NCBI GenBank assembly: GCA_021513715.1
Contig: CP084167.1
Span: 1,440,001 to 1,504,000, forward strand
Origin: Candidatus Heimdallarchaeum endolithica
Lineage (GTDB): Archaea > Asgardarchaeota > Heimdallarchaeia > Heimdallarchaeales > Heimdallarchaeaceae
Length of the DNA stretch: 64,000 nt
Direction: 5' to 3'
Below the pieces are notes generated by a model. The model did no database searches and was not told the origin of the DNA. It saw nothing but the letters and a program-made list of their open reading frames with translations. This document shows, piece by piece, positions 1 through 9,304 of the stretch (positions within the stretch are counted from its first letter, which is position 1; each line of letters starts with the position of its first letter). A program made the translations under genes and the position numbers.

Positions 1-531
1 GCTCATCACCCAATATGTGAGAAATATAAAGATCATGTGTATACTATAAAAGGAATAAAAGTTTGTAGAGGATGCTTTAACCTCTATCTAGGTCAGATAA
101 CTGGATTAGTTTTAGCTTTTATTTTAAGCTTCATTTTAGATGTAGAATTTTGGATACCTTTCACTTTAACTTTTATCCTCTATTCTTTTACATTACTTAA
201 TCTAAAGTTTGAAATTCCCAGAATAATAAAAGATTTTTTTAGATTCTTATTAGGAATAGCTGTAATAATGTCTTATTTAACAATAATACTTGCAATATTC
301 GAGTTAATTGCAGGAATAAATATTCTTGCTATAATCTCTCTTTTCTTAATTGTATTGACACATTTTTTGTCAAGAACACTTTTAGTAAAATGGAGAAATA
401 ATCAAAATAGAAAAATCTGTCTCAATTGCGAACAATACCATTTACCTAGATGTGATGGAATGAAATTAGCTTATGATCGGATGATTTCTCTTAAAGTTTC
501 AGAATTGGGAGATGCCTTTAGTGATGATTGA
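1..531 (+). CDS. Membrane protein, DUF2085-like (5'-truncated by the window edge)
   Basis: Frame is open from base 1 (AHHPICEKYKDHVYTIKGIKVCRGC), so the true start is upstream; H/C-rich CxxC motif followed by about 4 TM helices and a C-terminal CLNC...C motif. Confidence 0.55.
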   Translation, partial: AHHPICEKYKDHVYTIKGIKVCRGCFNLYLGQITGLVLAFILSFILDVEFWIPFTLTFILYSFTLLNLKFEIPRIIKDFFRFLLGIAVIMSYLTIILAIFELIAGINILAIISLFLIVLTHFLSRTLLVKWRNNQNRKICLNCEQYHLPRCDGMKLAYDRMISLKVSELGDAFSDD

Positions 532-588
532 TATTCTTTTCTTGCAAAAAAGTTTTAAAAAAAAATTAAAGCCTTACTTGAATACTAA

Positions 589-2160
589 ATGGCAATAAAC
601 ACATTAACACTAAACATTTTAGGATTGGTTATTTTATTTATTTTCGTTTTTTCTGTTCTAGCTACAGCAGAAATATTGAAACGAAAACATCTTTTAGGAG
701 GAAAAACATCAAGAAAGCTAATTCATATTTTAGTTGGCAACGTTGTTATTGTTTTTCCATTTATTTTTTCAAAATTATGGTTTGCTTTAGTTGGACCTTT
801 GTTTTTTGTATTATTTACTTACTTAACTTGCCCTGGAAGCCCTATTAAAAAAATCAGGTTGAAAAGCGTTGAAGAAGGACACACTTATGGTACAGTTTTT
901 TATGCCATATCTTTAACTGTTCTTGTAATTTTATTTTTTGAACCAGAGCACTTCAGCCAAAAAAATGTAATAATTTTTGCTTCTTTTCTTCCTCTAGTAT
1001 GGGGGGATGGAATTAGTGCTGTTGTTGGTTTAAAGTATGGTAAAAAAGGGGAATTTAAGATATTTCAAGACAAAAAATCACTAATTGGAAGTTGGTCTCT
1101 GACTATTTCTTCTTTAGTTGTAGTTACCATTATATTGACCTTTTTCAAAATTAATTTCTTTGTTTCTCTCTATATTGGATTACTTGTATCTTTTATCTCA
1201 ACTATAATTGAGGTTGTTTCACCAAAAGGGTTGGATAATATCACTATACCATTAGTAAATGCTCTGGTTCTCTATTTAATGTTTAAATCGTTAAATGAAA
1301 ATTATAATAGATTAGAAGAAAGGATATCAAAAACTATAATCCTTGTCGCATTATGTTTGTCTTTTGTCATAGCTGTGACAAGCATTTTAGTCAAAGCTTT
1401 AACTTGGGATGGAGCTCTAGCTGGATTCTTTTTTGGGATTGCCATTTTTGGATTAGGAGGGTGGAGTTGGGGAGCTATGTATTTTGCCTTTTTTTTGATT
1501 GGAAGTTTGACCACTTTCTTCAAGAAAAAGGAAAAAAGGGAAGTAATCAACGAATTTGAAAAGGGGTCTACTGCGAGAGATAGTTTACAAGCTTCTGTAA
1601 ATAGTATTATTCCAGTAATCGCAGCTTTATTAAACATCCTCTTTCCATCAAACCTTTTCACTGTTATTACAGCAGGAGCTTTAGCAACAAGTCTGAGCGA
1701 TACTTTATCTACAGAAATAGGATCCTTATCTAAAAAGAATCCGAGAGAAGCAATAAAACCATGGAAAGAAGCAATAAAAGGCGATCCTGGAGCAGTATCA
1801 GTATTAGGCACACTAGCTTCAGTATTAGGTTCAGGAATAATAGCTTTTACGGGGTGGTTAGCTAGTTTGTTTGAAAAAACTTCTTTGTTTCATAATAATT
1901 CATTGTTATTAATTTTATTAATTACATTGAGCGGGTTTATAGGAGCTTACTTTGATAGTATTTTTGCTGAAACAATACAACGCTTAAATAGATGTGTAAT
2001 CTGCGGTAAAATAACAGAAAAGACTTATCATTGTGAAACAAAAACTGAACATTTTAGGGGCATTAAATTCATAAAAAATGATTTAGTAAACCTATTAAGC
2101 ATTGCAGTAGGTTCAATTTGCGCTATTATCTTTGTATTCCTTTTTGGGCTATTGTATTAA
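589..2160 (+). CDS. Fusion of a phytol/dolichol kinase-like (CTP-dependent) domain and a DUF92/TMEM19 (COG1836) domain
   Basis: N-half has SRKLIH, WGDGISAVVG, KKSLIGS and GLDNITIP kinase motifs; C-half has ALTWDGA, RDSLQASVN, SDTLSTEIG, GAVSVLGT, DSIFAETIQ and NDLVN DUF92 motifs. Confidence 0.85.
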   Translation: MAINTLTLNILGLVILFIFVFSVLATAEILKRKHLLGGKTSRKLIHILVGNVVIVFPFIFSKLWFALVGPLFFVLFTYLTCPGSPIKKIRLKSVEEGHTYGTVFYAISLTVLVILFFEPEHFSQKNVIIFASFLPLVWGDGISAVVGLKYGKKGEFKIFQDKKSLIGSWSLTISSLVVVTIILTFFKINFFVSLYIGLLVSFISTIIEVVSPKGLDNITIPLVNALVLYLMFKSLNENYNRLEERISKTIILVALCLSFVIAVTSILVKALTWDGALAGFFFGIAIFGLGGWSWGAMYFAFFLIGSLTTFFKKKEKREVINEFEKGSTARDSLQASVNSIIPVIAALLNILFPSNLFTVITAGALATSLSDTLSTEIGSLSKKNPREAIKPWKEAIKGDPGAVSVLGTLASVLGSGIIAFTGWLASLFEKTSLFHNNSLLLILLITLSGFIGAYFDSIFAETIQRLNRCVICGKITEKTYHCETKTEHFRGIKFIKNDLVNLLSIAVGSICAIIFVFLFGLLY

Positions 2161-3433
2161 CAATGGTAAATTCAACTTCCTCCTTATCTGACAAACATTC
2201 AATACCAGGCAGTAGTTCACCCTTCATTAAAGCTAGACTTGCACCTCCACCAGTGGATATAAAACTGATATTATCTTGAAAACCAAATTTCTCAAAAGCT
2301 GCAGCAGAGTCTCCACCACATATGATAGAATAAATTTTATTTTCTATTAAAAATCTTGCAATTTCTTTTGTTCCGTTTTCAAAGTCTTCTTTTTCAAAAA
2401 CTCCAAGAGGTCCTTGCCATATTACTTGTTTTGAGTCCTTGAGCACATCCTTAAATAGTTTAATTGTTTCACTGCCTATATCTACACCCATATGATTTTC
2501 TTGTATTGTTGTAATGGGTACTTCTTCAACATGTGTTGGGTCATCTAACTCATCACAAACCACAACATCAACAGGCAAATAGATCTTTGTCCCATTTAAA
2601 TTCGATTCGTGTAAATAACTTCTTACATCATCTAATTTTGACACATCTATTACTGATTTGCCTACATTATATCCTTTAGCAGAGAGAAAAGTATAAGCCA
2701 TTCCTCCGCCAATTATTATATTATCTGCAACACCAATCAAGTATTTTATTACATCAAGTTTGTCTTTTACCTTTTTTCCACCTAGAATTACAGTAAACGG
2801 ACGTCTTGGATTACTTAAAGCTTGGCTGAAAAATTTTAGCTCTTTCTCTACTAAAAAACCATATCCAGATTCTTTAAAATATTCTGTAACACCATAGGTT
2901 GAAGCATGCTTTCGATGAGATGTAGCAAAAGCATCATTAATATATATATCAGCTAATTTTGCTAATTGCCTAGCAAATTCAGGATCATTAGCTTTTTCAC
3001 CAGGATGAAAACGAGGATTTTCTAACAACAATATTTCTCCTGGATTAAGTTTTTTCACCATTTGTTCAACTTCTGGGCCAATACAATCCTTAGCCCTATA
3101 AACAGTTGTAAGTGGAAAAAACTCTTTTAATCTTTTATACACTGGAAGTAAATTAAAACGCTCATCTTTCTTTCCCCCTGGCCTCCCCAAATGTGATATT
3201 ACTACTATCTTACAGTTTTCATTGTGAAGATAGAAAAGTGTTGGTAATGTAAATCTAATTCTTCTTGCGTCTGTTATCTGTCTATAATCATTTAATGGTA
3301 CATTGAAATCGACCCTTACTAAAACAGTCTTATTTCGCAGATCTATATCAGTTATGGATTTTTTCTGTTTAAATTTTAGGATATTCTGCATTTTTTCTAG
3401 TGTTTCATCATCTAAATGCTTGTTATAGTTCAT
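2126..3433 (-). CDS. pgk: Phosphoglycerate kinase
   Basis: VRVDFNVPL, SHLGRP, LLENPRF, NDAFATSHR, GGGMAYTF, GGDS and STGGGASL motifs. Confidence 0.97.
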   Translation of the reverse strand: MNYNKHLDDETLEKMQNILKFKQKKSITDIDLRNKTVLVRVDFNVPLNDYRQITDARRIRFTLPTLFYLHNENCKIVVISHLGRPGGKKDERFNLLPVYKRLKEFFPLTTVYRAKDCIGPEVEQMVKKLNPGEILLLENPRFHPGEKANDPEFARQLAKLADIYINDAFATSHRKHASTYGVTEYFKESGYGFLVEKELKFFSQALSNPRRPFTVILGGKKVKDKLDVIKYLIGVADNIIIGGGMAYTFLSAKGYNVGKSVIDVSKLDDVRSYLHESNLNGTKIYLPVDVVVCDELDDPTHVEEVPITTIQENHMGVDIGSETIKLFKDVLKDSKQVIWQGPLGVFEKEDFENGTKEIARFLIENKIYSIICGGDSAAAFEKFGFQDNISFISTGGGASLALMKGELLPGIECLSDKEEVEFTIVNTIAQKGIQR

Positions 3434-3623
3434 TCAGTTAACCCCAATGTTACTAATAAGCGATACGTATTTTCAATACGTATGGCCAACAACTGAAACA
3501 AATATGAGATACTATTAAAACATTGCCCTCCCAGCATAAACTATAATTTTAAACGAGAAAAAAATTATAAATTAAGATGTAAATAGCAAAAAATATTAAG
3601 AATAAAGCATGTTTTTTTTGTGA

Positions 3624-4121
3624 ATGGAGCACAAGAATCAAGAAATTAAATATAAAATAAATGAAGCAACATTAGAAGACATTACAAACATAGTACAACT
3701 TTGGAAAGAAGCAATTGATTTGCATGCAAGTATGGATAAATCGTTTATTTTACTAGAAAATGGGGAAGAAAAGTATGCAAGCTTCTTAAGAGAAGCGATA
3801 TTTTCAGAAAAGCAAGTAATATTAAAAGCTGAAAATGAGGATAGAGAACTATTAGGCTTTATCTTTGGTTACATCAGCGAAAAAAGCATGTTTTTTAAAA
3901 GAAAGATTACAGCTCATATCAGTGACATTGTAGTTCATAAAAATCACAGAAAAAAAGGTATTGGAACCAGATTAATGGAAAGATTTGAAAAAGGTTTTGC
4001 TAAAAAGTTTAATGCTTCTTCAATCACTCTTTATGTTCACCCATTAAATGAAATAGCACTAAAATTTTACGACAAACTAAAATTTAGAGAGCAATTAAGG
4101 CTACTAATAAAAGAGATATAA
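3624..4121 (+). CDS. GNAT family N-acetyltransferase
   Basis: Acetyl-CoA binding motif VHKNHRKKGIGTRLM and NEIALKFYDKLKF. Confidence 0.9.
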   Translation: MEHKNQEIKYKINEATLEDITNIVQLWKEAIDLHASMDKSFILLENGEEKYASFLREAIFSEKQVILKAENEDRELLGFIFGYISEKSMFFKRKITAHISDIVVHKNHRKKGIGTRLMERFEKGFAKKFNASSITLYVHPLNEIALKFYDKLKFREQLRLLIKEI

Positions 4122-4142
4122 TATATGCTTATTTTTTGAAAT

Positions 4143-4562
4143 TCAGACTAAAACACCTATTGAAAAATTAGAAGAAGGATAATATTTTGTCTCACTCTTT
4201 CTCAAAATAAAACCCATTCCAGTACCTACAGAAGTAGAAAATAGTCCTAATTTACCATTCTTTAATCTTAATACAATCTCTACTTTTCTTTTTGGAAAAA
4301 CCTTCTTTTCTATGGTAAACAAAACTTCATTTTCTTTTACACTAAATTCTTTTTCAATAACACTTTTATCATCAACTAACAGAACAATTTGTGCAACAGT
4401 ACCTTTTTCCAATTTAGAAAATTTAGCAATTATACCACTAATTCCTGAGTCTTTAAAAAGAATACCAGCAAATATTTGTTTTACTGAAAATATTTCTTCT
4501 CCTAACCACAGAATTTTAAAAGAAGGGGATGAAACGTCATATCCCCAAAGTATTTCAGTCAT
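4143..4562 (-). CDS. Hypothetical beta-rich protein
   Basis: 139-aa ORF directly downstream of the 4567 gene on the same strand; no motif recognised. Confidence 0.55.
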   Translation of the reverse strand: MTEILWGYDVSSPSFKILWLGEEIFSVKQIFAGILFKDSGISGIIAKFSKLEKGTVAQIVLLVDDKSVIEKEFSVKENEVLFTIEKKVFPKRKVEIVLRLKNGKLGLFSTSVGTGMGFILRKSETKYYPSSNFSIGVLV

Positions 4563-4566
4563 TTTT

Positions 4567-5529
4567 TCACCTTTTCTTTTGTTTTAGATACAAGACGATA
4601 ACTGAAATTAACGTTAATGAAACAACAAATATTGGAAAGTTAAATGGTAAACCTTTTGATTTGTAGAAGTAGTTAAGTAAATTGTTCACAAAGAGTTTCC
4701 CTTGAATTGCACTCCCATGTTCTCCTTCTTCACCATACATATTCTTGTATGAACTAAATAACACTTCACCAGATACGATAAGATGTGATTCCCCAAAGTC
4801 CTCATAGACAACTGCAGGATAGTTTCCTTTTTCATCTAAAGAAGTATAAAAATCGCTTTCAGTATTACTATAATCTTGATCTAACATTTCAGCAGAGTCA
4901 TTGTAAGAAAAAATAACTTCTACCCCCTCTATTGTTTCTGATCGCAAATCCACGAAATTCCCATTTTCCATACCATATACAGCAGTTGGACCATGTAGTA
5001 ACAATCTTTCAACTCCTTCATTAACAACACCACCAATAGTTCCTGTTCCAGGGTTTGTTGCTATAACTCGGTATCCAGTTCCATCATTAGAATATAAATC
5101 AGAAACTGCACCAGAATCTAATCTCAATTTAGAATCAAGGAATTCTAACAACGGGTTAATTGACTTATGAGATATAAATTGTCCAGCATAATCAGAGTCC
5201 CCAGCGATCCACAGTAATTTATCATCATTTGCAAACCATGTTTTAATAATAGTCATTTCATCAGATGTATAGTTTATTTTAGAAGCGGGTATCAGCAATA
5301 TGTTATAATCATCAATATGTGTAAAATTTTCTATTTCATCAACAACATTACCACTTTCCAAATAATCTGTTTCAAAAAGATCATAGGTGATGTGCACAGG
5401 AGAGTGCCCAATGTCAATAGCTATTTTTTTCTTAGATAACTTAATTTCTGAAGCATTCACTAAAAAAACAAAAGAAATTTGTTCAGTTATTAAAAATAAT
5501 AAAAATATAGTTGCTAATTGTTTTTTCAT
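4567..5529 (-). CDS. Secreted, C-terminally anchored protein with a GATase1-like/DUF4350-type domain; paralog of 5709-6698
   Basis: Likely start ATG at 5529 (MKKQLATIF signal peptide); IAIDIGH, GDSDY, NDGTGYRV, LHGP and GNYPAVV motifs shared with the neighbour; C-terminal TM plus basic tail. Confidence 0.7.
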   Translation of the reverse strand: MKKQLATIFLLFLITEQISFVFLVNASEIKLSKKKIAIDIGHSPVHITYDLFETDYLESGNVVDEIENFTHIDDYNILLIPASKINYTSDEMTIIKTWFANDDKLLWIAGDSDYAGQFISHKSINPLLEFLDSKLRLDSGAVSDLYSNDGTGYRVIATNPGTGTIGGVVNEGVERLLLHGPTAVYGMENGNFVDLRSETIEGVEVIFSYNDSAEMLDQDYSNTESDFYTSLDEKGNYPAVVYEDFGESHLIVSGEVLFSSYKNMYGEEGEHGSAIQGKLFVNNLLNYFYKSKGLPFNFPIFVVSLTLISVIVLYLKQKKR

Positions 5530-5708
5530 AGGAGGAAGAGAACTATTTTTTTTAAAAAAGTTTATGTTTAGTCTTGTTATTGGAAATTGCACATCAAAAA
5601 GAATAATGTCGGTTTTTTATATTTTTTAAATTCTATTATATTCGATGAGAAATATTTAATTATTGGAATATTATAACATATTCAGCACAATAGTGCGGTG
5701 AAAAAAAG

Positions 5709-6698
5709 ATGAAAAAAACAATTGTAGGCCTACTTCTAATAGTGACAGTTTTAGCCACTATTCCTTCAACTTTTGCTTATGACACATCAATCAAAGTAAA
5801 AAATAAAACAATCATGATTGATGTAAGTCATGGAGCATATCATACATCAGTTGAAAATTTCAAGGGAAATCTTACTGAAGCAAAGAATACAGTAGTAATG
5901 TTAGAGAGTGATCTCTTGACTAACTTTACTGCTGACGCAGATGCCCTATTCATGTCAGGGCCAGATGAGATGTACACTGGAGAAGAAACCCAAAAGATCA
6001 AGGACTGGTTCAACCAAGGAGGAAAGTTTCTCTTTATTGGTGGAGATTCTGACTATGGTGGTTACTTCTCACCAGTAGCAATAAACAACCTTCTAAGAAA
6101 CTTAGGAGCTAACATTAGATTAGACAGTACATCTATCAGTGATGAAACAAACAATGATGGAGCATCATACAGAGTCGCAGCTACTCAACCAGGTACTGGA
6201 GATGTTGCCACAAAAGTAACAGAGGGTATGGAAGCTGGATTCATTCTTCATGGACCATGTTCTATACTTGGAATAAATACTACAACAGCAGTTCCTGAAT
6301 ATCTTGATCTAAGAACAGCTACACTACCAAATGTTGAAATTTTATACAAATATTCAGCAGTAGCTGTAGCAACTGACAGTGATGTTAGTGAATTACCAAC
6401 AGACTTATACGCAGAGTCTGAAACAGAAGGAAATTACCCAGCTGTAGTTTTAGAAACAATTGGAAATTCTTACTTAGTACTAGCTGGTGAAGCTATCTTC
6501 ACAGACTATAAATCAATGTATGATCAATTCACTGAAACTGGAGAATATAATGATGGAGTAACCTATGGACAAATGTTCGTTAATAACTTAATTAACTACT
6601 TCCTAGGAGAAGCTCAAGCTCCATTACCAATAGTTCCAGTTGTTGCTGCTTTAGCTTTGTTTGGTGGCGTATTAGTCATTGTTAGAAGAAGAAAATAA
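5709..6698 (+). CDS. Secreted, C-terminally anchored protein with a GATase1-like/DUF4350-type domain
   Basis: Signal peptide; IMIDVSHG, GGDSDYGG, NDGASYRV, LHGP and GNYPAVV motifs; TM plus RRRK tail. Confidence 0.75.
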   Translation: MKKTIVGLLLIVTVLATIPSTFAYDTSIKVKNKTIMIDVSHGAYHTSVENFKGNLTEAKNTVVMLESDLLTNFTADADALFMSGPDEMYTGEETQKIKDWFNQGGKFLFIGGDSDYGGYFSPVAINNLLRNLGANIRLDSTSISDETNNDGASYRVAATQPGTGDVATKVTEGMEAGFILHGPCSILGINTTTAVPEYLDLRTATLPNVEILYKYSAVAVATDSDVSELPTDLYAESETEGNYPAVVLETIGNSYLVLAGEAIFTDYKSMYDQFTETGEYNDGVTYGQMFVNNLINYFLGEAQAPLPIVPVVAALALFGGVLVIVRRRK

Positions 6699-6740
6699 AT
6701 AAAGTTTAACTTTATTTATTATTTTTTTATTTTTTTTGTT
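6694..6740 (+). terminator. Hairpin plus T-tract terminator after the 5709-6698 gene
   Basis: Perfect 13-bp inverted repeat AATAAATAAAGTT-T-AACTTTATTTATT (6694-6720) followed by T runs. Confidence 0.6.
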
Positions 6741-6867
6741 TTGCTTTGTTTTATCAATAATCTTTATTTTCTTGTCTTCAGTCATAATTTTATAAACTAG
6801 AAGCTTTCAACAGTAAATAAATTTATTAGGGCTAGTACATTATAAATACAAGGACTCTGGGATAATA

Positions 6868-8478
6868 ATGAATACATTTGGTATAATTGTCAGTTATTTG
6901 AGGAAAGGAAGATTATTTTCAGTCTCTCCAAATACTGTTTTATTACCAAACGATATTTTATTATTGTCCATCAAGAGTAATATTCAACATTTATATTTTC
7001 AAGAATGGTTGAAAGACGAGAAATTAGTTATTAATATTATTTCACCTATTGGTACAATTGTTGATAGTTTAGATGTGGATCTTAAATATACTGGACTAGA
7101 AGAGTTTTATTCTTTTGAAGTATCTGAAAATCTTTATTCAGGTGTCTATATTTTATCAATTCAAGGTAAGAATACAAAAATTAAGAAAAAAATCACTATA
7201 AAAACAAAAAGGAAATTGATCAATCACTATATTCTTACTTATGGAACTGAAATTTGTAACACAAGCGAAGATAATATTACAGAGTTAATTGTTGATGTTG
7301 TAATTCCACCAAGCATAGCGCAATTTCAAGAAGTTCAAGGAATAAAATTTAGCTTTAAACCTATTGAGAAGAAATGTGACAAGGATGGAAATTGCTGGGC
7401 AAGATTTTATTTTCCAATAGTTTATCCAAATGAGAAGATAAATTTAGAATACAAGGCTCTAGTTACTACAAGGATTATAGGATATGATGTTACAAGAATA
7501 AAAACGATAAGAGAATTAGATGAGATAAGCTATGAATTTTTTGAGAGATATACTAGAGATGAACCTTTTATTGAAAGCGATGATATTTTAATAAAAAGAG
7601 TTACACACTCACTGAAATCAGAAAATCCAATTGATAAAGCAATTAATATTCTAAGTTACGTACAAAATAACATTAATTACAAACAAGAATTGGGTGACTT
7701 TGGTGCAAAATATGCAATAAGAGCAAAAAGAGGAGACTGCACAGAATTTGCAAGTTTGTTTGTAGGAATGTGTAGAGCCGCTAAAATTCCAGCAAGACTT
7801 GCGACAAGCTTAATAAAAGAAGAAGGTATAAAATGGGAAAAACATTCTTATGCTGAATTTTTTGCCAAAGGTATTTGGTGGCAAATAGACCCCACCCTAA
7901 ATACTGATAAACAATATTTGATAAGAAATCCAGAGAATATTGTATTATTAAGGGGAAATTCACTAGCTAAAACCCATATTAAAGAAATAAGGTATTCACA
8001 TTCAGATCTAAAAAAGAGAAAAGTAAGTTTCAAAATCCATTGGAAAGTTGATGAAGTAAAGAACTTCACCCAGAATAAAGAAAAAAACAGCCATATTTGG
8101 ACTAAACAAAGTAACATATTGCATGTAGAACAAAAAGAAGAAAGAAGAGACAGCATAAGTGAAAATAAAGAAAGTTTCATTTCAATAAATGTGCCTACTT
8201 TACCTGAAGTTTCTACTGGTTCAATCTATAAGGTTCCTGTAAGATTAATTAATAACTCATCATTGGAAATATCTGGAACATTAGTTGTTTCAATTAATCG
8301 CGGGGGAATATTTATCAGTCAGCTTTACCAAAGGACTATAAAAGCAAAGTCAAATATTGGTATTGTTGTTGATATTCCTGCTCAAAGTTATTTTGGCCCT
8401 GCAAAAATCGAATTTGTTTTTCAGGATAACACTGGTTTTATATTCTGCAAATCAGAAAAAAAGATTCAATTTCAATAG
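6868..8478 (+). CDS. Transglutaminase-like (Cys-His-Asp) domain protein
   Basis: GDCTEFASLFVGMCRAAKIPAR, HSYAEF and WWQIDPT give an intact catalytic triad; flanking beta-sandwich-like regions. Confidence 0.85.
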   Translation: MNTFGIIVSYLRKGRLFSVSPNTVLLPNDILLLSIKSNIQHLYFQEWLKDEKLVINIISPIGTIVDSLDVDLKYTGLEEFYSFEVSENLYSGVYILSIQGKNTKIKKKITIKTKRKLINHYILTYGTEICNTSEDNITELIVDVVIPPSIAQFQEVQGIKFSFKPIEKKCDKDGNCWARFYFPIVYPNEKINLEYKALVTTRIIGYDVTRIKTIRELDEISYEFFERYTRDEPFIESDDILIKRVTHSLKSENPIDKAINILSYVQNNINYKQELGDFGAKYAIRAKRGDCTEFASLFVGMCRAAKIPARLATSLIKEEGIKWEKHSYAEFFAKGIWWQIDPTLNTDKQYLIRNPENIVLLRGNSLAKTHIKEIRYSHSDLKKRKVSFKIHWKVDEVKNFTQNKEKNSHIWTKQSNILHVEQKEERRDSISENKESFISINVPTLPEVSTGSIYKVPVRLINNSSLEISGTLVVSINRGGIFISQLYQRTIKAKSNIGIVVDIPAQSYFGPAKIEFVFQDNTGFIFCKSEKKIQFQ

Positions 8479-8563
8479 AGATTAATCTTTTTTATTCGTT
8501 AATTGCTTTTATTTCAAATTCAACTTTTTTCCTCTTTGATTTGAGAAAATTATCAAATGATAT

Positions 8564-9286
8564 TTACATATTTAAAGCAAATATTGAGATGCTAATTAAA
8601 AGTGGAATACAAAGATTATCAAATAGATTTTTACAAATAAATTCTAAAACTGTAGCAAATATTGCTAACAAAAAAATCACTATAAAATTCTCAATGATAC
8701 TTATTTGGTAAATATAATAAGTAATTGTTAAAGCTGTAAGTGAACCTAGGAAAACAGCTAATGAACCTTCTAAGGTTTTCGAATAGTTCCTAATTATCTT
8801 TGATTTACCAAAAGAACGACCTACAAGTTCTCCCATGCCATCACCGAGGGATAACACCATTATCCCTCCTACAAAAGCGAAAGGGACATCAAGGGTTATA
8901 AAAAAAACATATATTAACATTAGAGCAGTCAAGATTATGTTTACACTTAATTCTTTTTTTGGTTCATCAATCCTATGATCTTTTGAAACAAAAAAATCAA
9001 ACAATTTTACTGATGGAATTATAGACAAAATACCAACAATTAGAACAGATATAAGAAATATTGCTAAAATATCATAGAAATTACTATTTAATGCCCTTAA
9101 AGCTCCTATATAAAGAAGAAAAGATATATGATCTAGTTTTCTTTTTCTCCAAGAACTAAGTTTAGTTTTTGAAAGTAAGAAAGAGGACAAAAATAGGATA
9201 GCAAGTCCTAATATTGATAAAAGAACTGATACCCAATTCATTTCTTTGTAGTCGAAAATCATTATCAGGTTCATTTTATCGCCCAA
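8564..9286 (-). CDS. Phytol/dolichol kinase-like membrane protein
   Basis: RKLDH, LGDGMGELVG, KTLEGS and DNLCIP motifs; multiple TM helices. Confidence 0.8.
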   Translation of the reverse strand: MGDKMNLIMIFDYKEMNWVSVLLSILGLAILFLSSFLLSKTKLSSWRKRKLDHISFLLYIGALRALNSNFYDILAIFLISVLIVGILSIIPSVKLFDFFVSKDHRIDEPKKELSVNIILTALMLIYVFFITLDVPFAFVGGIMVLSLGDGMGELVGRSFGKSKIIRNYSKTLEGSLAVFLGSLTALTITYYIYQISIIENFIVIFLLAIFATVLEFICKNLFDNLCIPLLISISIFALNM

Positions 9287-9304
9287 AGTGAGTAAAAAGG
9301 GGGA

